From NCBI RefSeq assembly GCF_030013595.1, contig NZ_CP122768.1: a stretch of DNA of 64,000 nucleotides. One strand, 5' to 3'. The notes below the pieces were generated by a model, which had not been told where the DNA came from, did no database searches, and saw only the letters and a program-made list of their open reading frames with translations. The position numbers and the translations under genes were made by a program. The stretch comes from Escherichia coli (GTDB taxonomy: Bacteria; Pseudomonadota; Gammaproteobacteria; Enterobacterales; Enterobacteriaceae). This document shows, piece after piece, positions 46,438 to 62,167 of this stretch (its first letter is position 1; every line of letters begins with the position of its first letter).

Positions 46438-47736
46438 TTAACTAAGCGTTTTCTGCCAGACAAAACTGACGCCATTCTCACCTTCAGCCACACCTTCTTG
46501 CGTCACAAATACCCCTGCTGCCGCAATCAACGTTTCGCCATAAAACAGCAGTGGCGTGGTGTCACGTAGCCACGGCGGCACACCCAGCTCTTGCCAGATT
46601 TTCTTCAGCTTACGTCCGCCGTTGCGTCCGACTATATGCAGCAATCCTGGCGCTTTGAAACGCACGCTGACCGCTTCGTCTGCACGCGGAGGGCGAATAT
46701 CGCCTCCCGCAGTAAGCTGTACACTTCCCAGTCCCGCCGGTAATTCCAGCGGTTGTAGCCACGTCTGCCACGGCACAATGGTTTCGCTTTGCCCGGCAAC
46801 GGATTTAATCCACCACAGTTGCGACTGATAGCGGCGGATTTCAAACGCGCCCAGGCGTAAACAGGGGGAAGCATCTTCCCGCGCCAGCGCCACTTCCTGC
46901 CAGATCCTCACCAACGCGTCGCGGGAAGGCATCGGTGCATTCTTCCCTGCCAGCCAGCGGCGGATAATCGCCGCGCGGCGGGCATCACTCATCGCCAGCA
47001 TTGGCGCAATCTGCAGCGTCCCCTGCGACGTTTGACAGTGCGCTATATCATCCGCCAGCAGTTCATCTAACAGGCTCTCTTGTTCAGCGCAAAGCGCAGC
47101 GCTGCGGGCCGTTGCTTCGGCAAAATGCGGCCAACGCTGCTGCAATAACGGCACCACGCGCAGGCGCAGGAAGTTACGATCGTAGCTATCATCCTGATTA
47201 CTTTCGTCTTCAATCCAGCGTAAACCATGCGCCAATGCCCACTGCTCCAGTTCCCCCCGCGTGCGGGCGAGCAACGGGCGGATAAGCCGTGTTCCGGCAA
47301 ACTCCGAAACTTCCCCCATAGCCGAAAGCCCGGCAGGGCCGCTACCGCGTTTTAGCGCCAGCAGAAAGGTTTCACATTGATCGTCGAGATGTTGCGCGGT
47401 GACCAGCACTTCACCGGGCAACAAGGTGCGGGCAAATGCCTGATAACGCGCCTGCCGCGCCTGGGCCTCAATCCCCAGTCCTTCTTGTGCAAGTTGCACG
47501 CGCTCGACCACCAGCGGCACCTGCCACTGTTGGCAGATGTTTTCGCAATGCGTAACCCAGGCATCGGCATTGGCACTTAAACCGTGATGCACATGGATAG
47601 CGCGCAGAGTGACGCCCGGATTTTCCGCCCGCCACTGCACCAACTGATGCAGCAAAACGGTGGAGTCAAGCCCGCCGCTAAAGGCCACCAGAATCTGGCG
47701 TGAGGTGAGAAATTGTCTATTGAGCGTGAGTGTCAT
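46438..47736 (-). CDS. tilS: tRNA(Ile)-lysidine synthetase
   Basis: PP-loop motif SGGLDS near the N-terminus; 432 aa. Confidence 0.9.
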   Translation of the reverse strand: MTLTLNRQFLTSRQILVAFSGGLDSTVLLHQLVQWRAENPGVTLRAIHVHHGLSANADAWVTHCENICQQWQVPLVVERVQLAQEGLGIEAQARQARYQAFARTLLPGEVLVTAQHLDDQCETFLLALKRGSGPAGLSAMGEVSEFAGTRLIRPLLARTRGELEQWALAHGLRWIEDESNQDDSYDRNFLRLRVVPLLQQRWPHFAEATARSAALCAEQESLLDELLADDIAHCQTSQGTLQIAPMLAMSDARRAAIIRRWLAGKNAPMPSRDALVRIWQEVALAREDASPCLRLGAFEIRRYQSQLWWIKSVAGQSETIVPWQTWLQPLELPAGLGSVQLTAGGDIRPPRADEAVSVRFKAPGLLHIVGRNGGRKLKKIWQELGVPPWLRDTTPLLFYGETLIAAAGVFVTQEGVAEGENGVSFVWQKTLS

Positions 47737-47800
47737 AATGGTGCGATTTTACAGTAGCAATGCCCGGCACGTTACCGGGCAAATGCGGCGATGACAAGCC

Positions 47801-48190
47801 TTACTGCTCATACAGTTCCAACGGCAGCCCGTCCGGATCGTTAAAGAACGTGAAGCGTTTTTGCGTGTATGGATCGACACGGATGGCTTCACACTTCACG
47901 TTATGGCTTTCAAGGTGCGCCACTGCCGCATCGATATCATCAACGCTAAAAGCCAGATGACGCAGGCCGCAAGCTTCCGGTCGGCTGGGGCGCTCCGGCG
48001 GGAACGGAAATGAGAAAAGCTCAATCACATATTGCCCATTAAGCGCCAAATCCCCTTTCCACGAATCGCGCGCTTCGCGATAGACTTCGCTTTGCAGCGT
48101 GAAACCAAGAATATCGCAGTAAAACGCTTTGCTCACCGCATAATCCGTCGCAATAATCGCAATATGGTGAACCTGTTTTAAACCCAGCAT
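47801..48190 (-). CDS. yaeR: VOC (glyoxalase/bleomycin-resistance) family protein YaeR
   Basis: VOC fold. I place the start at the internal Met (MLGLKQVHH...); the ORF track extends it to 48217. Confidence 0.8.
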   Translation of the reverse strand: MLGLKQVHHIAIIATDYAVSKAFYCDILGFTLQSEVYREARDSWKGDLALNGQYVIELFSFPFPPERPSRPEACGLRHLAFSVDDIDAAVAHLESHNVKCEAIRVDPYTQKRFTFFNDPDGLPLELYEQ

Positions 48191-48246
48191 AACGTCTCCT
48201 TTATTTGTTAACAGCACGTTACTCGCCCGGAAGCCGCTCTGGCAAG

Positions 48247-50388
48247 TTATCCCGCCATTTTTAGGACTCGTACGCGGTAAACGCCGTCTTCGTCCTGTTT
48301 CGCGCCGTGAATATCCGTTTCAAAACCGGGGTAATGTTGCCCTACGGAACAAAGCATCAGTAGAAAATCGAGTACCGTGCGGCTCTCCTCGGTCAGCATT
48401 TCTCCCGGCATCAGCAGCGGTACGCCAGGTGGATAAGGCAGGATCATATTTGCCGATACTCTACCGACCAGTTGTTCCAGCGCAATGGTTTCCACTTCGC
48501 CTTTAATTTGCCTCTGCCATGCCTGATGTGGCGTCATGATCATCTCCGGCAAGGTATCAAATGCCCGCAACATCAAACCGGGAAGATCGTGTTTACGAAT
48601 CAGCTTATGGATCCCTTGCGCCAGATCCTGAATGCGCATATTGCGGTAGAAATCGGGATCTTCAGCATAGAGATCGGGTAGCATATTTTTGATCCGCAGG
48701 TTGAGATCGTAAGAGCGCTTAAATTCCGTCAACCCACGCAATAATCCCATTGCTTTGGTTTTATCGATTCCAATACTAAAGAGAAACAGCAGGTTATAAG
48801 GACCGGTTTTCTCTACTACGATCCCTCGTTCGTCGAGGAATTTTGCTACCAGCGCCGCCGGGATCCCCTCCTCGCTCATATTGCCCTGCTCGTCCATCCC
48901 CGGTGTCAAAATAGTGACTTTAACCGGATCGAGAAACATATGATCGGCATCCGCATCGTTAAAGCCGTGCCACTGTTCGCCAGGCGCAACGGGCCAGCAT
49001 TCGGCTTCATCCACCTGCGGCGGTTGCCAGATATCGAAAAACCAACCGTCAGACTCTTCCCGCAGCCGCTGGACCTCTTTGCGAAAATGCAGCGCCCGCT
49101 CCACCGAACGGTTAATCAGCCGTTTGCCCGGATTACCACGCAGCATCGCCGCCGCCGTCTCAACCGAAGCAACAATGGGATAACTGGGCGAGGTGGTGGT
49201 ATGCATCATAAAGGCTTCGTTAAACGCCTCTTCGTCATACTCGCCTTTAATGTGGATCAGCGAAGCCTGCGATAACGCCGCCAGCATTTTGTGGGTCGAC
49301 TGCGTTTCGAAGATCACTTTTCCCGCAACACGCTCGCCGCTCATACCACTTTTACCCTGGTAGATCGGATGAAAATGGGTGTACGGCACCCAGGCAGAAT
49401 CGAAGTGAATCGACGGGACATCCAGCGTCTGTTTGATCCAGTCGGTGTTGTAGAGCAAGCCATCATAGGTGGAGTTGGTGATCACCGCATGAACCGGCCA
49501 TTGAGCTTGCGTGGTAGCAGCGACTTTCTCTTCGATGCTGTCGCGAGTAAATTCACGGCGCGGGATCCCACCAAGAATCCCCAACGCATTACGCGTCGGT
49601 TTCAGCCAGACTGGCACTACATCGTTCATCATCAACAGATGCGCCAGCGATTTATGACAATTGCGGTCGATCAACAGCGTACTGCCGGACGGCGCGGCGT
49701 ACATACCCACAATTTTGTTAGACGTCGATGTTCCGTTGGTAACGATATAACTCTGTTCCGCGCCAAAAGTCCGCGCGATGTACTCTTCCGCTTCCAGGTG
49801 TGGCCCGGTGTGGTCGAGCAACGAACCAAGCTCGGTAACCGAAATAGAGACATCAGCCTTAAGAGTATTCCCGCCGAAAAAATCATAAAACAGACAGCCA
49901 ACCGGGCTTTTTTGATATGCGGTGCCGCCCATATGACCCGGCGTACAAAAGGTGTACTTCCGCTCTTTGACGTAGGTAAACAAGGCTTTCGTGAACGGCG
50001 GTGTAATGTTATCAAGATATTCGTCGGTGTACTGACGCATACGAATGGCGATATCTTCTGCCTGCCCCAGCGCATATTCAAAAAACCAGAGCGCCATCCG
50101 CATATCCTGCACGCTGACATCCATCGTCGAGTGGGTGTTGATGAAGGCATAAAGCGGGAGATATTCATTAAGCTGATTGATATCGCTACATAAATCGAGA
50201 CTGTACTCATCCCAGTCAAAAATCACGCCGCAAATTCGAGGGTTATGTTCGATAAATTTCAGCAAATCAACGCTGTTTTGTGGCCAGATAATCTGAAAGC
50301 CTTGCGCCACCAGCGCCGACTCCAGTTCTTTGATGGGCTCATCTTTATAAAAGACGCCATGCGGTCCCATAATGGCAATGATGTTCAT
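48247..50388 (-). CDS. ldcC: Lysine decarboxylase, constitutive
   Basis: 713-aa fold-type I PLP decarboxylase with an N-terminal wing domain, adjacent to accA. Confidence 0.9.
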   Translation of the reverse strand: MNIIAIMGPHGVFYKDEPIKELESALVAQGFQIIWPQNSVDLLKFIEHNPRICGVIFDWDEYSLDLCSDINQLNEYLPLYAFINTHSTMDVSVQDMRMALWFFEYALGQAEDIAIRMRQYTDEYLDNITPPFTKALFTYVKERKYTFCTPGHMGGTAYQKSPVGCLFYDFFGGNTLKADVSISVTELGSLLDHTGPHLEAEEYIARTFGAEQSYIVTNGTSTSNKIVGMYAAPSGSTLLIDRNCHKSLAHLLMMNDVVPVWLKPTRNALGILGGIPRREFTRDSIEEKVAATTQAQWPVHAVITNSTYDGLLYNTDWIKQTLDVPSIHFDSAWVPYTHFHPIYQGKSGMSGERVAGKVIFETQSTHKMLAALSQASLIHIKGEYDEEAFNEAFMMHTTTSPSYPIVASVETAAAMLRGNPGKRLINRSVERALHFRKEVQRLREESDGWFFDIWQPPQVDEAECWPVAPGEQWHGFNDADADHMFLDPVKVTILTPGMDEQGNMSEEGIPAALVAKFLDERGIVVEKTGPYNLLFLFSIGIDKTKAMGLLRGLTEFKRSYDLNLRIKNMLPDLYAEDPDFYRNMRIQDLAQGIHKLIRKHDLPGLMLRAFDTLPEMIMTPHQAWQRQIKGEVETIALEQLVGRVSANMILPYPPGVPLLMPGEMLTEESRTVLDFLLMLCSVGQHYPGFETDIHGAKQDEDGVYRVRVLKMAG

Positions 50389-50485
50389 GTGTTCCTCCTG
50401 GAAAATCCTTCCTTAATCATAGCCTGCTCAAACCGTGGCGATAAAAAAGGGCCACCGAAGTGACCCTTTTCAGAACATTTGCGAA

Positions 50486-51445
50486 TTACGCGTAACCGTA
50501 GCTCATCAGGCGCTGATAACGACGATTTTTTAAATCTTCAGTGCTTAACACGTCGAGATCGGCCAGATCCGCCAGCAGCTGCGCTTTCAGAGACGCCGCC
50601 ATCGCTTCCGGGTTACGGTGAGCACCACCCAGCGGTTCCGGGATGATGGAGTCGATCAGTTTCAGCTCTTTCAGACGCGGAGCGATGATACCCATCGCTT
50701 CAGCCGCCAGCGGCGCTTTGTCGGCGCTCTTCCACAGAATGGACGCACAACCTTCCGGCGAGATAACGGAATAGGTGCTGTATTGCAGCATATTCACTTT
50801 ATCGCCCACGCCAATCGCCAGCGCACCGCCAGAACCACCTTCACCGATAACCGTACAAACTACCGGTACGCTAAGGCGAGACATTTCACGCAGGTTGCGT
50901 GCAATGGCTTCAGACTGACCGCGCTCTTCTGCGCCCACGCCAGGATAAGCCCCCGGGGTGTCGATAAAGGTGATGATAGGCATCTTAAAGCGTTCAGCCA
51001 TTTGCATCAGACGCAGTGCTTTACGGTAACCTTCTGGCGCTGGCATACCAAAGTTACGGCGAATTTTTTCTTTGGTTTCACGACCTTTTTGATGACCAAT
51101 GATCATCACCGGACGACCATCGAGACGGGCGATACCACCGACGATAGCTTTATCGTCTGCATACGCGCGGTCGCCAGCCAGTTCGTCAAATTCATCAAAT
51201 GCCAGTCGAACGTAATCCAGGGTATAAGGACGCTGTGGATGGCGTGCCAGTTGCGCAATCTGCCATGCACCAAGATCGGCGAAGATTTTACGCGTCAGTT
51301 CTACGCTTTTTTCACGCAGACGATGCACTTCTTCATCGATGTTAATATCCAGTTTCTCATCCTGACGGCTAACCGCAGTCAGAGAATCGATTTTCGCTTC
51401 CAGCTCTGCAATCGGCTGTTCAAAATCAAGGAAATTCAGACTCAT
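50486..51445 (-). CDS. accA: Acetyl-CoA carboxylase carboxyltransferase alpha subunit
   Basis: 319-aa protein ([22 protein letters not shown]...). Confidence 0.95.
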   Translation of the reverse strand: MSLNFLDFEQPIAELEAKIDSLTAVSRQDEKLDINIDEEVHRLREKSVELTRKIFADLGAWQIAQLARHPQRPYTLDYVRLAFDEFDELAGDRAYADDKAIVGGIARLDGRPVMIIGHQKGRETKEKIRRNFGMPAPEGYRKALRLMQMAERFKMPIITFIDTPGAYPGVGAEERGQSEAIARNLREMSRLSVPVVCTVIGEGGSGGALAIGVGDKVNMLQYSTYSVISPEGCASILWKSADKAPLAAEAMGIIAPRLKELKLIDSIIPEPLGGAHRNPEAMAASLKAQLLADLADLDVLSTEDLKNRRYQRLMSYGYA

Positions 51446-51457
51446 AGTATTCCTGTA

Positions 51458-54400
51458 TTAGTCAAACTCCAGTTCCACCTGCTCCGAACCAATGAGGCCA
51501 CGGAGATCGTTTAATAAACGATCGCTCGGAGAGACACGCCACGTCGCGCCAAAACGCAACCGCGCGCGTGCATCCGCCCTCTGATAGTAGAGATGTACTG
51601 GAATTGTCCCAGAGCGGTGGGGTTCCAGAGACTGACGGAGTCGGTTTAAAAGCTGGTCATCAATTTGCCTGTCCGTCAGCGAGATAGCAAGCCCGCGAGC
51701 ATATTTTTCCCGGGCTTCGTCAATATCCATCACTTCGCGAGCGGTCATTTTAAGCCCACCGCTGAAGTCATCAAAGCTGACCTGTCCGCTGACGATAAGT
51801 ATGCGGTCTTTTTCCAGCAATTGCTGGTATTTATCCAGGGCGTCAGTAAACAACATCACTTCCAGCCGCCCGGAACGGTCATCCAGCGTGCAGATACCGA
51901 TACGATTGCCGCGCTTGGTGACCATAACCCGCGCGGCAACAACGAGCCCCGCAGCCGTGATGACTTTACCACGTTCTGTCGGGTGCATGTCTTTCAGCCT
52001 TACGCCTCCGACATAACGCTCAATCTCTTTTAAATACTGATTGATAGGGTGTCCCGTCAGGTACAGACCTAACGTTTCACGTTCCCCATCTAATACCACC
52101 TGCTCCGGCCACGGTTGGCAGCTGGCGTAGGATTGTTCAATTTGTTCCGGCTCTTCGGCCAGCACACCGAACATATCGGCCTGACCGATAGCTTCCGCTT
52201 TCGCGTGTTGATCTGCCGCTTTTAACGCATCGCCCAGCGAGTTCATCAGCGCCGCGCGGTGTGGCCCAAGACGGTCAAACGCCCCGGACATGATCAGTTT
52301 TTCCAGCACCCGCCGGTTTAACTTTTTGGTGTCGGTACGGGCGCAGAGATCAAACAGTTCGCGGAAGTAGCCGCCTTTATTACGGGCTTCGATGATCGCC
52401 TCAATCGGACCTTCACCGACCCCTTTGATCGCGCCAATACCATACACGATTTCGCCGTCGTCGTTGACGTGGAAATGGTAAAGACCGGAGTTTATATCCG
52501 GCGGCAGGATTTTCAGCCCCATCCGCCAGCACTCATCCACCAGGCCCACCACCTTCTCGGTATTGTCCATATCGGCGGTCATTACCGCCGCCATAAACTC
52601 CGCCGGATAGTGCGCTTTCAGCCATAACGTTTGATATGACACCAAAGCATAGGCCGCAGAGTGCGATTTGTTAAATCCGTAACCAGCGAATTTCTCCACC
52701 AGGTCGAAGATTTTCATCGCCAGTTCGGCGTTGATTCCGTTCTTTTCTGCACCTTCAGCAAATACAGAACGCTGCTTAGCCATCTCTTCCGGCTTTTTCT
52801 TACCCATCGCACGACGCAGCATATCCGCGCCACCGAGGGTATAACCAGAAAGCACCTGGGCAATCTGCATGACCTGTTCCTGATACAGGATGATGCCGTA
52901 GGTTGGCTCCAGTACCGGTTTCAGGCTTTCATGCTGCCACTGCACGTCCGGATAGGAGATCTCTTCGCGACCATGTTTACGGTCGATAAAGTTATCCACC
53001 ATCCCTGATTGCAACGGACCGGGGCGGAACAGTGCCACCAGTGCGATCATATCTTCGAAGCAGTCAGGTTGCAGACGCTTGATCAGGTCCTTCATGCCGC
53101 GCGATTCAAGCTGGAATACCGCAGTGGTTTCCGAGCGTTGCAGCATGTCGAAGCTTTTCTTGTCATCCAGCGGGATCGCGGCGATATCCAGAGGCGGCTC
53201 GCCATTCTTCGCCCGCCGCTTGTTGATCATCTCCAGCGCCCAGTTGATGATGGTGAGCGTACGCAAACCAAGGAAGTCGAACTTCACCAGTCCGGCGTAT
53301 TCAACGTCGCTTTTATCAAACTGGGTGACCGGATGTTTGCCCTCTTCATCGCAGTAAAGCGGCGCAAAATCGGTAATTTTGGTCGGTGCGATAACCACCC
53401 CACCGGCGTGCTTACCGGCGTTACGGGTGACCCCTTCCAGTTTGCGCGCCATGTCGATCAGCGCCTTAACTTCTTCATCCGCTTCGTAGATTTCCGGCAG
53501 CTGCGGCTCGGCTTCAAACGCTTTCGCCAGCGTCATCCCCGGATCGGGCGGGATCAGTTTCGAGATACGATCGACAAAGCCGTACGGATGCCCCAGCACG
53601 CGACCTACGTCGCGGATCACCGCTTTCGCCGCCATCGTACCGAAGGTGATGATCTGCGATACCGCATCACGACCGTACATGTCCGCCACGTGTTCGATAA
53701 CCTGATCGCGTTTCTCCATACAGAAGTCAACGTCAAAGTCAGGCATGGAGACACGTTCCGGGTTAAGGAAACGTTCGAACAGCAGGTCAAATTCCAGCGG
53801 ATCAAGGTCGGTGATTTTCAGCGCGTAGGCCACCAGTGAACCCGCACCGGAGCCACGGCCTGGCCCTACCGGTACGCCGTTATCCTTCGACCACTGGATA
53901 AATTCCATAACGATGAGGAAGTAGCCCGGGAAGCCCATCTGGTTGATAACCTGAAGTTCAGTCTCCAGACGTTCGTCATATTCCGGGCGACGCTTCAGAC
54001 GTTCTTCCTCGTCAGGGAATAAAAATGCCAGACGCTCTTCCAGGCCCTCTTTTGCACGCATGACCAGATAATCTTCGGTGCTCATGTCCCCGGTCGGGAA
54101 CTGCGGCAGGAAGTATTCACCAAGACGCACAGTTACGTTACAGCGTTTGGCGATCTCAACGGTGTTGGCAAGGGCTTCTGGGATGTCGGCAAACAGCTCG
54201 CACATCTCCTCTTCGCTACGCATATATTGCTGCGGCGAATAGTTACGCGGGCGTTTAGGATCGTCGAGGGTAAAGCCGTCGTGGATTGCGACGCGGATTT
54301 CGTGTGCGTCAAAGTCGCTGCTGTCGATAAAGCGCACGTCGTTGGTCGCCACGACGGGCAAACCGCGCGCTTCCGCCAGTTCCACCGCCGCGTGCAGATA

Positions 54401-54940
54401 GCTTTCTTCGTCCGGCCTGCCGGTGCGGATCAGCTCGAGAAAATAGCGATCCGGGAAGTGTTCTTCATAAAACGCGACACACTCATCTACCAGCGCGCTG
54501 TTACCACGCAAAAGACTGCGTCCGACGTCGCCCATGCGCCCGCCAGAAAGAAGGATCAGCCCTTCGTTTAATTCGATAAGCCAGTCGCGATCGATGATCG
54601 GCCCGGCAGCACCGTACCCGCGCTGATACGCTTTTGAGATCAGCAACGTCAGATTCTGATAGCCGGTATTGTTCGCCGCCAGCACCGTCAGGTGAGTTAA
54701 CTCATCACCCAGCAGGTCGCACTGGACATTAAAATCTGCCCCGACGATAGGCTTAATCCCTGCGCCATGTCCCGCTCCGTAGAACTTCACCAGACCGCAA
54801 AGGTTGGTGAAATCGGTGATCGCCAGTGCTGGCATCCCTAACGCCGCCGCCTTTTTTACCAGCGGCGCGGTTTTGGCCAGGCCATCGATCATCGAGTAGT
54901 CGCTGTGCACCCGCAGGTGTACGAAACGTGGTTCAGACAT
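51458..54940 (-). CDS. dnaE: DNA polymerase III alpha subunit
   Basis: 1160-aa protein with a PHP domain N-terminus ([20 protein letters not shown]). Confidence 0.95.
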   Translation of the reverse strand: MSEPRFVHLRVHSDYSMIDGLAKTAPLVKKAAALGMPALAITDFTNLCGLVKFYGAGHGAGIKPIVGADFNVQCDLLGDELTHLTVLAANNTGYQNLTLLISKAYQRGYGAAGPIIDRDWLIELNEGLILLSGGRMGDVGRSLLRGNSALVDECVAFYEEHFPDRYFLELIRTGRPDEESYLHAAVELAEARGLPVVATNDVRFIDSSDFDAHEIRVAIHDGFTLDDPKRPRNYSPQQYMRSEEEMCELFADIPEALANTVEIAKRCNVTVRLGEYFLPQFPTGDMSTEDYLVMRAKEGLEERLAFLFPDEEERLKRRPEYDERLETELQVINQMGFPGYFLIVMEFIQWSKDNGVPVGPGRGSGAGSLVAYALKITDLDPLEFDLLFERFLNPERVSMPDFDVDFCMEKRDQVIEHVADMYGRDAVSQIITFGTMAAKAVIRDVGRVLGHPYGFVDRISKLIPPDPGMTLAKAFEAEPQLPEIYEADEEVKALIDMARKLEGVTRNAGKHAGGVVIAPTKITDFAPLYCDEEGKHPVTQFDKSDVEYAGLVKFDFLGLRTLTIINWALEMINKRRAKNGEPPLDIAAIPLDDKKSFDMLQRSETTAVFQLESRGMKDLIKRLQPDCFEDMIALVALFRPGPLQSGMVDNFIDRKHGREEISYPDVQWQHESLKPVLEPTYGIILYQEQVMQIAQVLSGYTLGGADMLRRAMGKKKPEEMAKQRSVFAEGAEKNGINAELAMKIFDLVEKFAGYGFNKSHSAAYALVSYQTLWLKAHYPAEFMAAVMTADMDNTEKVVGLVDECWRMGLKILPPDINSGLYHFHVNDDGEIVYGIGAIKGVGEGPIEAIIEARNKGGYFRELFDLCARTDTKKLNRRVLEKLIMSGAFDRLGPHRAALMNSLGDALKAADQHAKAEAIGQADMFGVLAEEPEQIEQSYASCQPWPEQVVLDGERETLGLYLTGHPINQYLKEIERYVGGVRLKDMHPTERGKVITAAGLVVAARVMVTKRGNRIGICTLDDRSGRLEVMLFTDALDKYQQLLEKDRILIVSGQVSFDDFSGGLKMTAREVMDIDEAREKYARGLAISLTDRQIDDQLLNRLRQSLEPHRSGTIPVHLYYQRADARARLRFGATWRVSPSDRLLNDLRGLIGSEQVELEFD

Positions 54941-54976
54941 CTTCAGATTCCGGTTTACTTAATCTCGACACAAGAA

Positions 54977-55573
54977 TCAGGACGCAAGTCCCAGTGCGCG
55001 TTTGACAGGCCCAAAGCTGCGACGATGATGTTCAGTCGCGCCATATTCAGCCAGTTTTTCCAGATGAAAAGCAGTTGGATACCCTTTGTGTTGGGCAAAA
55101 CCATATTGCGGGAAAACAATATCCAGCGCCGCCATTTCGGCGTCACGCGTCACTTTCGCCAGGATAGACGCGGCACTGATTTCCGGTACGCGGCTATCGC
55201 CTTTCACCACAGCCATCGCAGGCATCGGTAATTTCGGGCAGCGGTTACCATCAATCAACACATATTCCGGCGCAATATGCAGCCCAGCGACGGCACGCTG
55301 CATCGCCAGCATGGTCGCGTGTAAAATATTCAGCTCGTCGATTTCGTGGGGTTCCGCGCGGCCCAGACTCCAGCTCAACGCTTTCTCTTTGATCTCTTCA
55401 TAGAGCGCCAGACGGCGTTTTTCGCTCAGCTTTTTGGAATCATTCAGCCCGGCAATCGGGCGCGATGGGTCAAGGATCACCGCAGCGGTGACGACCGCGC
55501 CAACTAACGGCCCGCGTCCGACTTCATCCACACCCGCAACCAGCTGCGTGTGCGGATAAACAAATTCGATCAT
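54977..55573 (-). CDS. rnhB: Ribonuclease HII
   Basis: 198-aa protein with the motif [11 protein letters not shown]. Confidence 0.95.
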   Translation of the reverse strand: MIEFVYPHTQLVAGVDEVGRGPLVGAVVTAAVILDPSRPIAGLNDSKKLSEKRRLALYEEIKEKALSWSLGRAEPHEIDELNILHATMLAMQRAVAGLHIAPEYVLIDGNRCPKLPMPAMAVVKGDSRVPEISAASILAKVTRDAEMAALDIVFPQYGFAQHKGYPTAFHLEKLAEYGATEHHRRSFGPVKRALGLAS

Positions 55574-56718
55574 TGTGCTAACTCCAGAACGGCTTGTGCC
55601 GCCTGCTCATCGGCATTGCAGCGGATCTGCTGATGCAGTTCACGGAAGGTGTCGTGCATCGCGTGGCTGGTTTTCCCGTTCGCCAACAGCGGTAACAGCG
55701 CCGCAGCCAGTTTTTGCGGCTCACACTCTTCCTGCAATAACTCTTTGACTAACTCTCTGCCCGCCAGCAAATTGGGTAGAGAGACATAATCAGTTTTCAC
55801 CAGTCGCTTCGCCAGCCAGAAGGTAAAAGGCTTCATGCGATATCCCACTACCATCGGGCATTTCGCCAGCATGCACTCCAGTGCTGCCGTCCCCGACGCC
55901 AGTAGTGCCGCATCACTGGCGACCATCGCCTCACGGCCCATCCCATCCAGCATATGAACCGACAGGTCTGGCGCAACTTCAGCTTTGATGCGTTCAAACT
56001 GCTCGCGGCGTTTGGCATTCACCAGCGGCACCACGATTTCGAGATCCGGATATGTCTGGCGCAAAAGCTGGGCTGTTTTCAGGAAATCGGCACTAAGCAT
56101 TTCGACTTCTGCACCACGGCTGCCCGGCAACAATGCCAGACAGTGGGCATCGTGAGGGATCCCCAGTACATCACGGGCACCATTTTTATCTGGATCTAAT
56201 GGCATGGCATCAGCCATGGTATGACCGATAAAGCGGCACGGTACGTTGTATTTGTCATAAAACGCTTTTTCGAAAGGCAGAAATGCGAGCACCAGATCGG
56301 TGGCTCTGCCTATTTTGAAAACGCGTTTCTGTCGCCACGCCCAGACGGACGGACTGACGTAATGAATGGTTTTGATACCCTGCTTTTTGAGGTTACCTTC
56401 AAGGGTAATATTGAAGTCAGGGGCATCAATACCGACAAAAACATCTGGCTTCAGTTCGCCAAAACGCGTTGTCAGATCGGCACGAATATGCAGTAAGCGA
56501 CGCAGACGCCCGAGCACTTCAACAATGCCCATCACCGCCAGTTCTTCCATTTCGTACCAGGCTTCGCAGCCTTCAGCCTGCATTCGTGGCCCGGCAACAC
56601 CAACAAAGCGGGCGTTGGGCACACGTTCTTTCAGAGCGCGGATTAAACCGGCCCCCAGGATATCGCCGGAGGTTTCTCCGGCGACCAGGGCAATCGTTAA
56701 TGGACGCTGTTCAGTCAT
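55570..56718 (-). CDS. lpxB: Lipid-A-disaccharide synthase
   Basis: 382-aa protein in the conserved lpxD-fabZ-lpxA-lpxB order. Confidence 0.95.
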   Translation of the reverse strand: MTEQRPLTIALVAGETSGDILGAGLIRALKERVPNARFVGVAGPRMQAEGCEAWYEMEELAVMGIVEVLGRLRRLLHIRADLTTRFGELKPDVFVGIDAPDFNITLEGNLKKQGIKTIHYVSPSVWAWRQKRVFKIGRATDLVLAFLPFEKAFYDKYNVPCRFIGHTMADAMPLDPDKNGARDVLGIPHDAHCLALLPGSRGAEVEMLSADFLKTAQLLRQTYPDLEIVVPLVNAKRREQFERIKAEVAPDLSVHMLDGMGREAMVASDAALLASGTAALECMLAKCPMVVGYRMKPFTFWLAKRLVKTDYVSLPNLLAGRELVKELLQEECEPQKLAAALLPLLANGKTSHAMHDTFRELHQQIRCNADEQAAQAVLELAQ

Positions 56719-57506
56719 TAACGAATCAGACCGCGCGTTGAGCGTGCAAAGAAATCGGTAAAGGCTTTCACTTCCGGATATGTTTCCGCCAGTTCAGCAA
56801 TTTCCGGTTTCACTTCATCGAGCGTTTTACCGCTACGATAAATCAGCTTATACGCATTGCGGATAGCGGTAATCGCCTCACGGCTGAATCCGCGGCGCTT
56901 CAGCCCTTCGATATTGACACCGAACGGCGTTGCGTGGTTACCCTGCGCAATGACATAAGGAGGGACGTCCTGCGCCACACCGGAGCAGCCGCCAACCATC
57001 ACATGCGCACCAATGATGCAGAACTGATGGACTGCGGTCATGCCGCCGATGATCGCGAAGTCGTCAACCGATACGTGACCCGCCAGCGTTGCGTTGTTGG
57101 CGAGAATACAGCGGTTACCTACCGTACAATCGTGCGCAATGTGCGCGTTGATCATCAGTAAGTTGTCGCTGCCCACCTTCGTCAATCCACCGCCCTGGAC
57201 TGTGCCACGATGAATGGTGACGCTTTCGCGAATGCGGTTACGATCGCCGATTTCCACGCGGGTCGGTTCGCCAGCATATTTCAGATCCTGGTTAACTTCG
57301 CCGATGGAGGCGAACTGATAAATCTCATTATCGCGGCCAATTTTAGTATGGCCATTCACGACAACGTGAGATTTCAGTACGGTACCCTCACCAATTTCGA
57401 CATGGGGTCCAACGATACAAAAAGGACCAATGTGAGCGTTAGCGCCAATCGACGCGCCCTCTTCCACAATGGCGGTTGGATGCACAAAGGCGGATTTATC
57501 AATCAC
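56718..57506 (-). CDS. lpxA: UDP-N-acetylglucosamine acyltransferase
   Basis: 262-aa protein with hexapeptide repeats. Confidence 0.95.
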
Positions 57507-57509
57507 GTA

Positions 57510-57965
57510 TCAGGCCTCCCGGCTACGAGCACACATCATCGTTGCTTCGCAAACTACTTTACCGTCGACCAGAGCAACCCCTTTAAAACGGGTCAGGCCG
57601 CGGCGCGTTTTTTCGAAAGTGACTTCCATGATCATTTGATCGCCAGGCACGACCGGGCGCTTGAAGCGCGCTTCGTCAATACCGGCGAAGTAGTACAGCT
57701 CACCCGGTTCCAGTTTTCCTACGCTTTTAAACGCCAGAATACCTGTTGCCTGTGCCATTGCTTCCAGAATCAGCACACCCGGGAAAATCGGTTTTCCAGG
57801 GAAATGGCCCTGGAAGAATGGCTCATTGACAGAGACATTTTTTACTGCGCGCAGAAAACGACCTTCTTCAAAATCCAGCACGCGATCCACCAGTAAGAAC
57901 GGGAAACGGTGCGGCAGAAGTTCTAAAATCTCTTCAATCTGCAGAGTATGAGTGTTAGTAGTCAA
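57510..57965 (-). CDS. fabZ: 3-hydroxyacyl-ACP dehydratase FabZ
   Basis: Begins [22 protein letters not shown].... I place the start at a TTG codon behind an AGGAAG ribosome-binding site, giving 151 aa; the ORF track extends it to 58058. Confidence 0.9.
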
Positions 57966-58069
57966 GATACTCTTCCTGTCAAAATATAAGAAACGACAAT
58001 AATAACACGGCCTGCCGCAATCGTAAGAATGAGACAGGCCGTAAAGTTTGGCGAACAAAAGATGGAACG

Positions 58070-59095
58070 TTAGTCTTGTTGATTAACCTTGCGCTCAAGC
58101 GATTTCAGACGCTTGTTCATGTCATCAATGTTCATCACCAGTGCAGCGGTTTTGCGCCAGACTTTGTTGGGTTGCAGCGGAATGCCTGAGGAATAGACGC
58201 CTGGTTCAGTGATGGGACGCATCACCATACCCATGCCCGTAACCGTCACTTTGTCGCATATTTCCATATGCCCGTTGATTACGCTGGCTCCGCCGATCAT
58301 GCAGTAACGACCAATTTTCAGGCTGCCCGCCATAATGACGCCACCGGCAACCGCCGTATTGTCGCCAATCACGACGTTATGTGCAATCTGGCACTGGTTA
58401 TCAATGATCACGCCATTGCCAATAACAGTGTCATCCAGCGCGCCGCGATCGATGGTAGTACATGCGCCGATCTCCACGCGATCGCCAATAATTACGCGAC
58501 CAATCTGCGGGATCTTCACCCAGTTACCACGATCGTTGGCATAACCAAAGCCGTCTGCACCTACCACTGTTCCGGACTGGATCAGGCAATTCTGACCGAT
58601 CTGGATCTCATGGTAAATGGTTACGTTCGCCCAGAGACGCGAACCTGCACCGATTTTGCTGTTTTTACCTACGAAGCAACCGGCACCGATAATCACGTTA
58701 TCGCCCAGTTCAACGCCGGACTCAATCACCGCGTTAGCGCCAATCGATACGTTGTTACCCAGCTTCGCCGTCGCGTCGATCACCGCACTGGGTGCAATGT
58801 TCTGCGCAGGCTGCGGCGTGGTATCTAAAATTTGCGCCATGCGCGCGTAAGTCAGGTAGGGATTCTTCACTACCAGTGCGGCACTTTTCGCGAAAGGAAG
58901 ATCGTCCTGGGTCATGACAACCGCGGACGCCTGGCACAAGCCTAAATGCTCACGGTATTTTGGGTTAACCATGAACGTGATGTGACCTGTTTGTGCAGAT
59001 TGCATGGACGCAACGCCGGTGATGACGATATCGCCATCACCGTGTAGTTCTGCATCCAACTGCTGCGCTAAATCAGCCAGTCGAATTGAAGGCAT
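58070..59095 (-). CDS. lpxD: UDP-3-O-(3-hydroxymyristoyl)glucosamine N-acyltransferase
   Basis: 341-aa protein with hexapeptide repeats. Confidence 0.95.
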   Translation of the reverse strand: MPSIRLADLAQQLDAELHGDGDIVITGVASMQSAQTGHITFMVNPKYREHLGLCQASAVVMTQDDLPFAKSAALVVKNPYLTYARMAQILDTTPQPAQNIAPSAVIDATAKLGNNVSIGANAVIESGVELGDNVIIGAGCFVGKNSKIGAGSRLWANVTIYHEIQIGQNCLIQSGTVVGADGFGYANDRGNWVKIPQIGRVIIGDRVEIGACTTIDRGALDDTVIGNGVIIDNQCQIAHNVVIGDNTAVAGGVIMAGSLKIGRYCMIGGASVINGHMEICDKVTVTGMGMVMRPITEPGVYSSGIPLQPNKVWRKTAALVMNIDDMNKRLKSLERKVNQQD

Positions 59096-59098
59096 TAC

Positions 59099-59584
59099 TT
59101 ATTTAACCTGTTTCAGTACGTCGGCAGTGATGTCTTTTACATCGCTGCTGTTGTAAGCAACGGCGTTTGCATCAACAACCAGATCGATATCCTGGCTGTT
59201 GGCAACGGATTTCACAGCAGTCTGGATACGAGTAACCAGTTTGCCGCGTTCTTCGTTGGAACGACGTGCGCGATCCTGCTCAAAAGCCTGCGCTTTCTGA
59301 GCAAAAGTCTGGCGCTGAGCCATCACGTCTTTTTCCAGTTTGGTGCGATCGCTGCCCGCTTTCATGGACTGCAGCTTTTTCATTTTAGCCTGCAGATCGG
59401 TTTCCATACGCTGCAGTTCGCTGGCACGGCCTTTGAACTCATTTTCCAGCGTGTTAGAAACACCGGTTTTCTGCGCTACCTGCTGGAACAGGCTGCCCAT
59501 ATTGACGATTGCAATTTTGTCAGCCGCCTGAGCAGAAGTTGCCAGTGCTAAACCGAGACCTGCAGCTAATAACCACTTTTTCAC
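59099..59584 (-). CDS. skp: Periplasmic chaperone Skp
   Basis: 161-aa protein with a signal peptide and a coiled-coil body. Confidence 0.95.
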   Translation of the reverse strand: MKKWLLAAGLGLALATSAQAADKIAIVNMGSLFQQVAQKTGVSNTLENEFKGRASELQRMETDLQAKMKKLQSMKAGSDRTKLEKDVMAQRQTFAQKAQAFEQDRARRSNEERGKLVTRIQTAVKSVANSQDIDLVVDANAVAYNSSDVKDITADVLKQVK

Positions 59585-59705
59585 AATAAACTCCTTACCA
59601 TCCCATTTGCACCGGAGGGTGCAGTTCTTTGCGTGGCCCGGCGATCTTATATTGATCGCCTAAAGTCATCGCTACACTACCACTACATTCCTTTGTGGAG
59701 AACAC

Positions 59706-62156
<2,451 letters not shown>

Positions 62157-62167
62157 CTAACTAACTC

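Noticed and set aside
49291-50193. 300-aa ORF on the + strand antisense to ldcC, and similar long antisense ORFs (53009-53839 in dnaE, 57210-57896 across lpxA/fabZ, 58268-58828 in lpxD, 4608-5105 and 5685-6176 in fadE)
   Set aside because: Each is fully embedded antisense in a well-recognised conserved gene. Long spurious antisense ORFs are expected in GC-rich coding DNA, and there is no independent support.
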